Assembly (NCBI GenBank): GCA_030324005.1
Contig: JARDVH010000031.1
Coordinates: 50,022,423 to 50,086,422 of the forward strand
Length of the DNA: 64,000 nucleotides
From: Negaprion brevirostris
Taxonomy: Eukaryota
Reading direction: 5' to 3'
The notes under the pieces: generated by a model
Seen by the model: the letters and a program-made list of their open reading frames with translations, nothing else
The model's database searches: none
Told to the model about the DNA's origin: nothing
Part shown: positions 24,293-38,245 of the stretch, in pieces
Layout of the letters: each line of letters opens with the position of its first letter
How positions within the stretch are numbered: position 1 is the stretch's first letter
Translations under genes and position numbers: made by a program

Positions 24293-25232
24293 TCATAGAA
24301 ACATATAAACTGGAAATAGGAGTAGGCCATTTGGCCCTTCAAGCCTGCTCCGCCATTTATTTTGATCATGGCTGATCATCAAGTTCATTATCCTGATCCC
24401 CCCTTCCCCCTATATCCCTTGATCCCTTTAATCCCAACAGCTATATCTAGTTTCTTTTTAAAATCAGACAATATTTCTGTGGTAGTGAATTCCACATATT
24501 CACTACCCTCTGGGTGAAGAAATTTCTCCTTACCTCAGTTCTAAAAAGTTTATCCCTCATTCTCAAACTGTGAGTTCTGGATCCCCATCACCATCGGAAA
24601 TATTCTTCATGAATCTACCCTGTCTAACCCCGTTAGAATTTTACAAGTTTTTATGAGATCCCCTCTCACTCTTCTAAACTCCAGTGAATATAATCCTAAC
24701 TCACAGTCTTTTCCTCATATGACAGATCTGCCACCTTACGAATCATCTTGCTAAGCCTTTGCTGTATTCCCTCTAAAGCAAGGACATTCCTCCTCAGATA
24801 AGGACACCAAAACTGAACACAATAGTCCAGGTGTGACCTCACCAGCACTCTAAGTAGCTGCAGTAAAAATATCCCTACTCAAATACTCAAATCCTCATGC
24901 TATGAAGGTCAGCATACCATTTGCCTTTTTTTCTGCCTACTGTACCTGCCTGCTTAACTTTCAGTGACTGATGCATGAAGACACCAAGGTCTCACTGAGA
25001 TTCCACTTCACTCAATTTACATCCATGCAAATAATAATGTCTTTCTATTATTGCTACCGAAATGAATAACTTCACATTTAGCCACATAATACTGCATCTG
25101 CCTTGCAGATGCCCACACACTCAGCCTGTCCAAATCACACTGAAGCATCTCTGCATCTTCGTCACTACTTACCCTCCCATCCAACTCTGTATCATCTGCA
25201 AATTTGGAGATAATACATTTAGCACTCAGTGA
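24293..25232 (-). mobile_element. CR1 LINE, 5'-truncated
   Basis: ISKFADDTELDGRVSSDEDAEMLQCDLDRLSVWA..KCEVIHFG (FADD catalytic motif) and CR1 3' tail. Confidence 0.93.
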
Positions 25233-28200
25233 GCCTCCAGCACTGTACCTAACTTTTTTTGCTGGTCCTTGAGTAATTTTATAAGAAATATATATACATA
25301 CACACAAAATGGTGCCTATTGGTTACTGTAATGTAATTCTCTTCACTATTTTTTGTTTTGCTAGCCTTTTTAAACAATGGATGCCACATACATGCAAAAA
25401 ACATTAGTATAGTCTCATTAATAATTTCTCTGGTAAGAAATCAATGGATCTTTGACAACAAAATAAAACTCTCAGCTGACTTAACTGGTATTGGCATTGT
25501 GTCTTTGAGTTAGGCACCTTGTCTCACTTTATACCAGCTCTTACTTTCTGGAGTGAGTTTTGTTCATAGCTACTGCGCAAGAACAGCAACTTCACAGCAT
25601 TCAATGATTTTCAATAGATTCAGACAGTCAGGTGTTATTTTCACAGAGCTACAGAGCAGCACAACTTGGATAGCAACTTCCTTACTTTCTGGTTGAGCTC
25701 CACATCTGTCCTCTCCTGAACTTGCTGTATCATTTGTGTATAAATAATATTGTACACCATTCACCTTGGTGTTATTTTGACAGCAAATTGTGGACTGTCA
25801 TTAATACGTTATTACCTAATGTGGTTTTAATTCGCAACTATGTTCAAACTCATTGATGGACAGCAATGATTACTACTAACTATAAACACAACCTGATAGA
25901 TTTATCTGGGAAGGCTCTACTCTTACAGCTATTTGTAGATTCTGCAAACAAGTGTAACACATTCCAATCACTAAGCCTTTAGATAATGTATTATTCTTAA
26001 AAGACTAAATAGTGAATATAATTAAATTCAAGCATAAATTTCTTTCATAACTCAGGCTCACCACATATAATAAATGTTCTTCNNNNNNNNNNTCATGAAA
26101 TGCAATCAGTGTTGTTCTTCTCAAGGGCCCAGATGTTTTTTGGTAGGGGTAATGGCAAAGTTATCAGTACTCACTGTTACTAAGCAATGTCTGGCAATTG
26201 CACAATGTGGAAATCAGGAAGTTGCTTCCAAAGTTGCCCTGTTCCTCGAGAGGCCGTGCTTTACCAGAATCTCACCCAAATCATTGAAACACATGGATAA
26301 AGTGTAAAATTGTGATACTTACCCACTGGGTATCTATTGAAAGTTTCAGATAAAGTTACAGTGTATCCATTCTGGTGCAAGTGTCTCAAATGTTTAATAT
26401 AGTGTAATTCTGCTATCTTCTGAAGACAAGAAGGACAGCTGGGATTAAGGAAAATACTTAAAATAAACTGTGGAGGGTCGTTTAAAGCATGTCGCACAGG
26501 ATCAATATGTCTCTGTTCAGATTTTCATTATCCAATATTTGCAACAAAGCAAGGTTATAGTAAAGAATATTTAGCAAACATTCAATTAAACAAAAAACTT
26601 TAAAAATCACATTTTACTCTTTTAAAGTAAAAAGTCATTGAGGTCAGCACTGTAAGTGTTGCTTTAACAGTTATAAACTGCTTTTCTAGTAACCTTGGGA
26701 AGGTATCACTACAAACTGTCTCAACTTAATGGAAATTGTGGCTATCCCATAAATCTAAATACCCAGGTAAGCAGTATAATAAAGGGCTGTCACTCAGATG
26801 ATAACTTGTAGCTCAATGAAAACAGGTGTTGGACTGGTATGGTCAGCAGACAGGAAAAGTTCCAACCTGATTGACTAGCCCTACTGTTTAAAATTCCATG
26901 ATGCAATGATGTTGAGTCACTGAGACAAATGTGAACAGTTTTTAATTATATCTTCTATGCCTCAAGTTCTTATAACACTGCCTGACACAAGTGGGAGATG
27001 GCAATGGAAGGAACTCCCAAAATCTGCGGTCAATGTTCTTCAGGTAGATCTTTTACTTTTTAAGAGCAGGTTGTGGGAAGACCATTCCCCTCTACCCCAC
27101 ACCTCACCTCAGTGATCTTTTGAGTCATTTTTCCCCCATATGTAATCGGTTGGCTCAGAACCAGAGTGACTGATAGCCTTCTCACAATTATTCTCTCCTT
27201 CTTGCACCACTACTCTGAGAACAGTCCTCCAAAGTTACCTGGCCATGAAAGAATGAACTAGGTTGGGAGTTTATCTTCCTTCTTTGTTTTCAACTGAAAA
27301 TGTTGCCTTTTCGGTTAATTTATCAAATGGGTTCAGTTCATGGAATTGGCATCTCAACCAGTGAGAAAGATGTGGTATCACAAATTCCCTTTTCTTTATC
27401 TTTGTAAAAAAAAGGCAGAATTTAGGCTAGGATTCAAACAGAACTCAAATGTGTCAGGATATCCTGAGATGGAATAGAATATCTGCAGGGGCAGGTTTCT
27501 GAGAGAATCCAGTCAGAAAATTTCTCACCGTAAAAAAAAGGCAGCTTTTCACTTCCATGCCCCACAAGCCAAGGATTTCATAGTTTCCTCCTATAGACAA
27601 TAGGCTTCCTCCCGAAAACAATCGGGATATCCCGGAGTCACCGAGTAATAGCAGGAGGCTACTTAGTTTAAATGCTTCACCTGAGACTGAAGGCTGACTC
27701 AATACTGCAGTGTCAGCAATTTGAAACGATAATATAAGTCACATCTCAGTGACTGCAAATACCTTCTCTCTCAAAGAATTTGATGACATGTCATAAAAAT
27801 GTGGAATCTAAACTTGATCTTCTAACCACCAAATTAAAGCTGTTTACCATTTTTCCTTTGCAAAAGTTGCTTGGATAACTGATGTGACAATGGTACAGCC
27901 CTTCATTGTTAACTAATGTTATGGTGCACTCATTAGCAACAATGGATCACAAAGCAACAGAACACGCTCACATCCGTTCTTCACATTTCCTTAATTGTTT
28001 ACAACAGTCTTTGCTGCAACAACAGCTAAATGTCAATGCACTTATGAAACTGTCAAATCAGCGATGAACTTAGTTTTCTACTGTTCTTCACTGTTCTCCC
28101 TCCTGATTGGTCATGTTCTGTTCCCTGAGTTAATAATCTGGAAAGATCGAGTACACAGAGACGCTATAAAATCATTATAACATATGAAACCATTTTTAAC

Positions 28201-29667
28201 AACAGGAAAGATACTTTACCATTCTTGTTTAACTGGGATTAAACAGGAAGACTTGGCTGCTTCTCAATAACCTTGGGGTTTGTAACTTGAATAATTTTTG
28301 AATATTTATTCCAGATATGAGATTCATAGAGATTAAAATCTTACAAGATTTAACAGGTCTGAAAATAAATTAAAATAGTAAAAGTAATCAGTTTTCACGC
28401 ATCTAAAAATCACAGGTCTTGAATGGATTGCTGACAAATGACATGGTCTACATGACCTTGCAAAATACTTTGGTAAATAGCCTATTAGTATGTTTCCATG
28501 TTGCAAATTTAAATAAAATATTATAACTATAGTGACAGTTCCCACTTTAAATAAATGGCCTTTGAGTGTTGATTCCCTCCAGCAAGCCCAGAAGGGAAGT
28601 CAAGGTTCCTGTCTAACTAAAGTACACAACAAATGCTCTTTCTGTCAGAGATGCTTGCTTTCATCAGCTCCATAACAGAAGTTCAAACATATCATGGGGA
28701 ATGAATCTGGCAGGTCTGACAGAGAGCTTTGGCATGTCATGTGATCCAATAAAAGCTAAATTAATATCACTACATGTCTTCACAAGCAAGCTAGGGTTCA
28801 TATTAACCCTTAAACAATCCAGCACTGCACATTTTNNNNNNCAAATAGTCTGTGTTTCATTTTCATTAGCTGAATGAATGTTAATAGGAAAATAATAATT
28901 TAACTTACAATTTCAACCTACCAACAGATCAAAAAGGTGCTTAGTAAATCAAGTTTAAAATAGTCTTCTTGCGTAGTTTTGTGGTATTTTGAAGATACGC
29001 TTGTCGGCAAGCAGTGAGAAGTATTTTCAATATAACTCTCCCCACTCAGCAAATAACATCCATTATGCAGAAAATAACAGATAACCTTAGAATGATTACA
29101 GGGCAGTAACCTTAACAAGGGATTTAAATGGGACCATTAATCTCACTAGTATCTATTTTTTAAAAGAATAATACATACTAATAGAGTTCTATCATGGGTT
29201 GCATTCAGCATTCACTAAGCAGATGTCAAGTGTGAATGCTGACTGTACATTTGATGGACTTGAACTTAGTTCACCACCACCCCCCACCTGCAATTTCAGG
29301 CACAAACACAGCAATATAGAAACAACTGCCAGCGCAAAACAGGTGCGCAAGAGGACCAATAAATCAGCCCCCTGCACCACAAACAGAAGGAAAGTCAACC
29401 AGCAGAGACGTCAGAACTGGGTCTACAGTAGGCCTGTGAAGAGAGAAGGAGTCGGAGGATGGTGGCGCAACAGGCCCCCAGTGGGAGGAACACTTTTTTT
29501 TTAATGGCAGCTTCTAGTGAATCCTTTAAGGACAACTGATTTCACTGAAATAGCCTGAGAAGTCTGTCTGAGTGATTGGGCTGCAATGGACGTGTAAGCT
29601 GCAAAGAGTCAGGCAACATCAAGCCTTTCATTTGCCTGGGCCACAGGTCTAATGCTAACTTAAGTGC

Positions 29668-29785
29668 AGAAGCAAATTACCTTAGATGCTGCAAATCTGA
29701 AATAAAAGCAGAAAATGGGAGAAACAGACAGCACCTGTGGAGAAAGACATAGTTTTAAATTGATGAACTCCCATCAAAACTGGGA
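29668..29785 (-). mobile_element. Degraded Penelope-like short repeat (family of 55748-55845)
   Basis: gatgctgcaaatctgaaataaaagcagaaaatg..cagcacctgtggaga resembles the reverse complement of tctccacagatgctg..cagcatttt. Confidence 0.5.
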
Positions 29786-29884
29786 GACATGGATGTGTGC
29801 ATACTGCATGTCATAGTGAGCTCTTAAGTATTTATTTTATACCAACTGGCTAATGTCTTTGTTATATGGTGATTAGCACTTTTT

Positions 29885-30035
29885 AAAATTATTTGTTCAC
29901 AGGATGTGGGCATCACTGGCTAAGCCAGCATTTATTGCCCATCCCTAATTGCCCTTGAGGGGGTGGTGGTGAGCTGCCTTCTTGAATCACTGCAATCGAT
30001 GTGTTGTAAGTACACACATAGTGCTGTTAGGGAGA
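29885..30035 (-). mobile_element. SINE/LINE shared 3' tail
   Basis: ggatgtgggcatcactggctaagccagcatttattgcccatccctaattgcccttgag is the reverse complement of the tail of 21850-22208. Confidence 0.8.
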
Positions 30036-31689
30036 CAATGAGACAGAGTAATAACACCCATTGAAGCATAATTGGTAAATAATTATTAATCAGACAAATT
30101 ATCAATGATTCTTGGATTTGTTACACAGCGAGTCAAGACAGGGGATAAAAGGTATTATAAATTTCAGTTTCTGACTAGTGTATTGTGACAAATGACTAAA
30201 GGCCTGGTTCTCAAATAATAGGCTGCAACTCAAAGCTTTTAACATATTTTGACACAATATAGTTATGTAGTTCTCATTTTTGCATATTAATCCCAGATCC
30301 TAGATTTGATCTTCACAAGTGAAGTGTATAAAAGGGAGGTATTCCACAAAAAGAGGATTAATAAATCGCGTTATAACAACTGTCAGTTTACTCTGTTTTG
30401 TTTATATTGTGTTAGGGTGGTGCAAAACTAGTGCAACAAATGGAAAATGCATTAACTGAATGAAAATTCTAAATCAGATAATATGGAAAGAATGCACATG
30501 CACGCTTCTCGTAGCAAATCAAGGAGATTTCTTTCTTTATCCTATGGTGTTACAGTAATTATTACTCAGAGGTGGGGAAAGACAGCAGCTATTAGCCTCA
30601 TTTTGGATTTGCTTTTGCTGTCAATTATCCTGCAACACCAGAGTTAAATGGTAGCATTTCCCCAGTAACAATCATTTAGGTTTAAAAATGGTGCATTTTC
30701 TTCGCTCGCAGTAAATGTGCGGCTGTCTCGTAATTTGCATAATATTCCCAACTGGCCACCAAAACAAAAAAAATGCGCAAATGTTTGTTTCAAATGAACT
30801 CAGACAAGTCTACTCAGCATTCCGTATAATTCAGATCTTGTTGTCAACCACTAGTTAGCATCGAATGGTTTTCTTCTGCTTCCAAAGAATAGATATTGAC
30901 TCAGTTTTATTAAGTCTGAATTTGATTATGTGGCAGAAAGCTATTTTTGGCAACAGCAATGGAGTTGAGTTTTGACGGTTGCAAATTGTGGAGTTAATTA
31001 AGTGTGAATGATTAATTGAAGATTGAATAATAAATAAATCTGATTCGATTCATAAGTACAAATAAAAATCATCTAACATGTGAAAGGTTGTTTATGTGAT
31101 GAGGGTGAGGGAGCAGGGAGTTGGTGATCGGGCATTGCAAAAATGCAATGCACCAATGCACCAAACTATATTGTAAGAACACAAGTACTTCTAAGTCTAC
31201 TCTCCTGGAGCTAAGAGTTGCATTCGGGAAGCAATTGTTTCTCTCACTACGCCCCCTCCCTCACACCCCTCTACCGCACCCCCCCTCCCCCCGCAACCCC
31301 CCCACAACACTCTTGCTGTCTTTTGCTCTCTCTCTCTCCTCCACATCCAAGTGGATAGAGATACAGATAGACACAAAGACAGAAATTCGACAATCGCAAC
31401 CATAGCAAACTGAATTCAAATCCCCCCATATCCTCCCACATTTATCCTTCAGCCGGTATTACAAGCTTTATTCCACAATTATACCCACTTCAAGGTAAAG
31501 GACTTTAATTCCTGGCCATCCGATGTGAGCTGTATACACACTCCATCCCCTGAGTCTCTGACAAGTTTGTAACCTCTGTCTCTCTATTGATAAGTTACTG
31601 TAGAGCAACAATCCATTGTGCAAGTTGATGTCTTTACTTTTTTTTGTTCATTTTAAAACTATTTCTTTCTCCTGTTGATCATGTTCCTC

Positions 31690-31822
31690 TAATCCTTTTA
31701 AAGCAAGGATAGATACATTTTTGAACAGTAAAGGAATTAAGGGTTATGGTGAGTGGGCGGATAAGTGGAGCCGAGTCCACAGATCTTACTGCATGGCGGA
31801 GCAGGCTTGAGGGGCAAGAAGN
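31690..31822 (+). mobile_element. CR1 LINE 3' end
   Basis: gatagatacatttttgaacagtaaaggaattaagggttatgg..ggcggagcaggcttgagggg. Confidence 0.8.
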
Positions 31823-32025
31823 NNNNNNNNNNNNNNNNNNNNNNNNNNNNNNNNNNNNNNNNNNNNNNNNNNNNNNNNNNNNNNNNNNNNNNNNNNNNNN
31901 NNNNNNNNNNNNNNNNNNNNNNNNNNNNNNNNNNNNNNNNNNNNNNNNNNNNNNNNNNNNNNNNNNNNNNNNNNNNNNNNNNNNNNNNNNNNNNNNNNNN
32001 NNNNNNNNNNNNNNNNNNNNNNNNN

Positions 32026-32123
32026 AATGTATGGTATGATTTGTATGTGTACCATGCAAAACAATACTTTTCAGTGCATCTCGGTACATGTGACAGTAAT
32101 AGTTCAAACAAAATCAAATCAAA
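32026..32123 (+). mobile_element. Rex1-like LINE 3' tail
   Basis: caatacttttcagtgcatctcggtacatgtgac..(aaatc)n; same tail at ~59930-59982. Confidence 0.65.
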
Positions 32124-32369
32124 CTATTTAAAGGTTGGGTCATACTAATGTTCTACTCTTAGAAGTCACCTATATCTTTGTAAGTAAAATAGAAAGCATC
32201 ATTTATCAAACATGTTAGTGGCATCTAGTGGCAGAGGATCAATACTGAACCAACCGTAATTTTATTTGCAATTGGCAGGGTCTATAGCTTTAAACTCTCC
32301 ATGTGCTATTTAATTGTAATGTCATCTGACCATCGGACACTCGAACTAGGCTCAATCTAATGTTCTACT

Positions 32370-32775
32370 GAACATATAAACATAGGAACACAGGAATTAG
32401 AAGCAGAACTAAGCAAAATCAACCCTTCGAGCCTACTCCGCCTTTCAATCAAATCATGGCTGATCACTCCCTGGTCTCAAATCCATCTCCCTACCAATTC
32501 CCCCCATATCTTTTGAACCCATTTTCAAAATTAGAAATATGTCTATCTCATCCTTGAACTATTTAATGATTTCAGACTCCACTACATTATGGGGTAGCGA
32601 GTTCCACAAATTCACCACCCTCTGCAAGAAGTAGCTCCTCCTCATTTAAGTCTTAAATCTATCACCTCTCAACCTAACCTGTGACCTCTTGTCCTAGATT
32701 ACCCCTTAAGAAGAAACATTTGGTCTACGTTTACTCTATCAATCCCTTTCAGAATTTTATATAGCTCGGTCAGAA
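32370..32775 (-). mobile_element. CR1 LINE 3' end
   Basis: cataggaacacaggaattagaagcag..cccttcgagcc..gagttccacaaattcaccaccctctg. Confidence 0.85.
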
Positions 32776-33739
32776 GCTGAAGCTAAATTGAACTATCTCC
32801 TGGTACTGCTGAGATATTGTGACATCACAGAAGTGGGAATATCTTCTTTTTTTAAGAGTGTCCATGGTGTTCTAAATTGGGTAACCCAATTGTCCGATAT
32901 AAGCAGTATGTTAACTATCATTAATAATTTGACACCAAGTTGTCAGAGTGTGTCACTGAAATTGCTGATATAGGAGGTGAATGAGTCAAATAAATTGGCC
33001 CCACAAGAGGATAATAATGAATGTTTTCTTCATGACAACACTCAGCCAATTAGCATGCACTTCTTTGTTTATTTCTGTGTCTCTTTCTGATTTATCAATA
33101 AGCGCACTTTTTTAACTCTTATCCTTTTGAATAGGAATTGCAAAAAGAAAAACCACACTATTGCCCCGAATTTTGCCAATTGAACACTTTGTTGCACCTA
33201 GTAACTAGCACTAATCTTGCTCACCAGTAAAGCTCATTGAGATCGACTTTGCCACCGCAAGGAATTGCATCTAAGTAAACAGAAAAATAGTATTTCAATG
33301 ACACATGAACTTATAGAGCATCATAATTTCATGCATGCCATTAGTTGAGCAACAGTATCCTGCCTTTTCCGGAACATTCAATACATTTTAATCATCAGAN
33401 NNNNNNNNNNNNNNNNNNNNNNNNNNNNNNNNNNNNNNNNNNNNNNNNNNNNNNNNNNNNNNNNNNNNNNNNNNNNNNNNNNNNNNNNNNNNNNNNNNNA
33501 ATCATCAGATGTGCTATAATGTTCTCCACAATTTTGATAATAGATAAACTGGATTAGTAAAATGTAAATACTGATGTTGAATTGAGGCTGTCTTAGCTTA
33601 GTAAGACATGGTCAACATTCAGGCCTGGGCTAATAAGTAGAAAGTAACATTTGTGGCACACAAGTGCCAAGCATGTCCAAAAACAACAAAACTAGCCCAT
33701 CTCCCTTTGGCAATCATTGGCACCACATCCAATATTTCT

Positions 33740-34920
33740 GCAGCTATGTCTTCTGGAGCCCCACGGTGTAGCCCATCATGTCCCAGGCATTTGTCGGATT
33801 TTCATTCCTTAATTTTCTCCAGTACTTTATCACTGCTGATATTAATGTCCTTAATTTCCTCACTCTTTTTAGCCTCTAGATTATCATCTATTTCTGGATT
33901 CAAATGTGTGTCTTCCACAATGATGACAGATGCAAAATATTTGTTCAGTCCCTCCATTTTCTCATTCCAATGATAAAGTCTCTTGTCTCTTTTTAACAGG
34001 GACCAACATTTATTTTAACTGCTCTTGTCATTTTTGCATACTTTAAAAGCTCTTATAATCTGTTTTTATATTCCTGGCTAGTTTACTTTCATATTCTACT
34101 TTTCCTTTTTCAGCACCATTTTGGCGGCCCTTTGCTGGTTTCTAAAACACTCTCAATGCTCAGGCTTGCTACTGTTATTTACAACAACATAAGCTTATTT
34201 TAATTGAATACTAGCATTAATTTCCTCAGTGCCTCACGGATAGGTCCCTCTTGGTGTGTTTTTGTTCTTCAGTGGAGTGTATTTTTGTTGAACATTTTGA
34301 TTTGTTTTTATAAACGTTTCCCGCTTTTCATTTTACCTCCATATCTTTTAATTTGTTTGCCCAATTAACCTGAACCAGATCTCCCCTCATACCTATGTAA
34401 GTGGCTTTATTTAAATTTAAGATTTTTTGTTTGCATGTCACTTTCAGATTTAACATGAAGTTCAATGATATTATGGTCATTATTTCCCAACTGAACTTAT
34501 ACCAAAACATTACTAATTAACCCTGTTTCATTACACAATACTAGACCTAAGAAAGCTTTCTCCCTAGTCAGTTCCACAATGCATTGTTGGAAGGAACTGT
34601 CACAATAAACATTTGTAAACTTATCTTCTAGGCCATTCTTGCCAATTTGATTGCTCCTTCCTATATGAAGATTAAAGTCCTACAACTATTACATTTCCTT
34701 TATTGCAGGCTTCTCCAGTTTCTCGCTTAATGCTCTGTCCAATGATATAACTATGGTTAGTGGGTCTACTCCCATCAGTGTTTTCTGACTTGTTCTCTTC
34801 CTAATTTCCACCCATACTCACCCTATTTAATGATCTTCAAAGGCTTGATCTTTATATATTCCTTTACGATCAGAAATACTCAAACTCTTTTGCTATTCTG
34901 TATGCCTTTCCAAAATAGTG
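33740..34920 (-). mobile_element. Old CR1 ORF2 fragment (endonuclease-RT linker region)
   Basis: Minus-strand frames give ILNLNKATYIGMRGDLVQVNW and NKYFASVI; many stops. Confidence 0.75.
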
Positions 34921-35537
34921 TTTACTCTAAAATATTATTTCTCAACCTTGATCATCTTGCGGCCAAGACCCAAATTGTTTTGGATGGCAGGGTCATGCTT
35001 CACCCTACCAACTCCAAGCATTACGCAGGCATTTCACAGTCGATTGAACATCAATGGACTGCAGGCAGGTCTTCTGTCCCTCACTTGGAAAACCCCATCT
35101 TTGACAGCTGTCAGTCAATCTGATTTATTGGCAACTCTCAGGTCCTGGGGGAGGTTAGGTTCCTTCCTCTCCCTCCCAATCTCCACCCCTGGGGATTGTT
35201 AAAGGTCAGCATGAGTGTGCATAAAAATTGCAAAAACTAATTAACTGTCATGCTCATTCGAAATGTCAAATATATCAAATTAAATAGCTAAAGGCAAACT
35301 GTCATGCTGTCAAGGTACCTAAAACTTCTGACATTTAAATTTTGAAAAAGTACATGGAATGTTAAAAAGAAGTTTCCTATTGAACAACCTTCCATTATCA
35401 CATTAGGGTGCCTTCCATATTAGTTTGATTGACAGCTCCAAGTGGTTCTGCACTCTGTGAGGGAGGGCTATGAATTCTAATGCATGATTTTATAAGGGAT
35501 TAAGCACTTAATGAAGACGTTGTTTATGGAATGGGAG

Positions 35538-35890
35538 AGATAGTGGCACAGTGGTAATGTCACTGGACTAGTAATTCAGAAGCCCCGGCTAATAGTCTGG
35601 GATCGTGTATTTATATCCCACCACAGCAGCTGATGGAATTTAAATTAAATGATTAAATATGGTTGATCTCAGTAATGGTGGCCATAAAACTATCACTGAA
35701 CATTGCAAAGATTTATCTGATTTGCAAAGACATTGAAGGAAGGAAATCTAGCCTATATATGACTCCAAACCCAGAGAAATGTGGTTGATGTTTCATTATC
35801 CTTTGAACTGTTCAGCTCAAGGGCAATTAAGGATGGGCAACAAATGTGGGTTTTGCGAGTGACACCCACATTCCATGGAAGAAAAAAGAA
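35538..35890 (+). mobile_element. tRNA-derived SINE
   Basis: gtggcacagtggtaatgtcactggactagtaattcaga..caagggcaattaaggatgggcaacaaatg plus A-rich end. Confidence 0.85.
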
Positions 35891-37854
35891 AAATATGTAA
35901 TGAATTACAGGGTATTTAAAAAAATAAAGTCTGCAATAGACAGAACTTCATTTAATTTAATAACAACATGGATCCTGAAGTCTGCCCATGGTGCATATCG
36001 GGTGAGTTGGCATGTCCGATGTCAGGGAAAAGAGTGATATTATGGGCAACATGGGTTAGCATGAGTTGATATCAGGGCTATGAAGGGCCATGGTGTGTCT
36101 AGAGGAGCATAAATTGGCATGGAGCATATGGGAACCATGGGGATGACTAGAGTGGNNNNNNNNNNNNNNNNNNNNNNNNNNNNNNNNNNNNNNNNNNNNN
36201 NNNNNNNNNNNNNNNNNNNNNNNNNNNNNNNNNNNNNNNNNNNNNNNNNNNNNNNNNNNNNNNNNNNNNNNNNNNNNNNNNNNNNNNNNNNNNNNNNNNN
36301 NNNNNNNNNNNNNNNNNNNNNNNNNNNNNNNNNCTGCCCAGCCCATCACCACAACAAGCAGTCTCAGCACTCATTCCGGGGCAGTGGGCTTGACTTCCTG
36401 AGAACATGGAATGAAAATCTAACATACAGAGTACCTTCTCCCAAGCCAGGTTTGCAGACTGCTGAGAAATGTTCTGCCTTGATGCTTCTGACCTTGAAGA
36501 GAAAATCCAGATCTTGCAGTGTATCCCACATCAATGGTGCTCAGGGTTAAAGAGTAGGGATGTGCTGCAAGTACAATGCTCATACTTGTATCTAGCATTT
36601 CAGTGATTGAAAACTGATATCTGAGAACCAAACCCCATTCATTTTCAACCATATAGCTTTAAATAGGGTTGATGACATTGAAGCCAGATACCCTTTAAAA
36701 AGTGACAAGACTTTAAAACTCAAATTGCATTTAAAAATGTTTTGTATTCATTTGCACTATGAGTAATATATACAACCAGCTAAAGAGTCAAAAATATCTG
36801 TAGGTTGATAATTAGTAAGATATGAGTCATATTGTGTTGGTACAAAAGAAGGAATAAAGCATGAGCAATGAAAACATAAGGTGCATACATCTTTCAAGGC
36901 TGGTATTGTAAAGCTTGTATTTCATCAGAACTTTTGAATGATATGCTTATGCTTCAACTGTATTAAAGTTGTCAGTTATAATATAACATAAAAGCAATGG
37001 ATCTGAAGATAGTTTTCCTTCATAAGTATATGTTCAATGACATTGTTCATGATATGTTGGAGCACCTGGTGAAACATGAAGAAGAACATCACATAAGGGA
37101 GATTTGCATGCCCACAAGGCACCTCAGCCTGATTTGTCAATCATTATAAATGGATAGAATGTTGAGTGGGTTGCATTCTGGGCAGGCCATGCTCCATGCT
37201 TGACTTTCCTAGACTGCTGCACCAGGCTATCCAATACACTCAAGTACATTAAAATCTGCCCATTTACTTGAAGAGACTTTTAGTGGGTGATAATTGACAT
37301 GACAACTGTATGCCATAGAAAATTGCTTTTATGAACAATATTGGCTTTATTTGTGACTGAACTAAACATAATTCCCAGTACAAAGACTCCAGAATCTGAT
37401 TGCCCCCTCATTACATTGTTCTGAGATCTAATTAGTTGAAGTGTTATAGTTTTAAGTCTATTTGATTAGCCGAAGGGAATGTACAATAACTCTGGTAAAA
37501 ACACCATTTGCTTTTATAAAGTATTTCTATTTTTATAATTCCCTTCTTAACTGTAGTTGCTACATTTCCGTAATAAGTAATTGTATGTGTACAAATTTAA
37601 AATATTTCTCAGAAGGGTAATAAGGCATTGTATAAATGCAAGTAATGCTTTTCTTTCAGCATACAAACAGCAGTGTCTTCATTAAATGTTTTACAAACAC
37701 TGGATTCTCACTTACATTTCAACATGATTTTGAGTTCTTTTAATTAGTTTGAAGAATTCCAGAAAGGAGTTTCAAAACATTCAATGCATTCGATGTAAAG
37801 TAATGCAAAACACTTCCCATTTGAAAATATATGCATCATTTTAATAAAATTAGG

Positions 37855-38245
37855 AGGAGACAGTGACGTGGTGGTAACATCATTCGGCTAGTAATCCAAA
37901 GGACCAGGCAAATGCTCTGGGGGCATGGGCTCAAATCCCACAATGGCAGCTAGTGGAATTTAAATTAAGTTAATTAATGCATTTGTAATATATAGCTAGT
38001 CTCAGTAACAGTGACCAGGAAACTATCACTGATTGTCATAAAAGCCCATCAAATTGACTAGGGAAGGAAATCTGTCATCCTTACCTGGTCCGGCCTACAT
38101 GTGACTCCAGATCCACATAATGTGGTTGGGTCTCATAGCTGTCCTCTGAAATGGCCTGGTAAGCCACCCATATCAAGGGCAACAGGAATGAGCAATGAAG
38201 GCTACTGCTTCCAGCCATGCCTACATCCCAGAAAAAGATTAAGAA
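37855..38245 (+). mobile_element. tRNA-derived SINE
   Basis: ctagtaatccaaaggacc..gggctcaaatcccacaatggcagc..gggaaggaaatctgtcatccttacctggtccggcctacatgtgactccaga. Confidence 0.85.

Noticed and set aside
32218-32233. CTCF-like motif gtggcatctagtggca
   Set aside because: Mismatch in a core position and no supporting context.
35538-35630. tRNA genes (here and at other SINE heads)
   Set aside because: A/B boxes belong to SINE heads; no intact cloverleaf.
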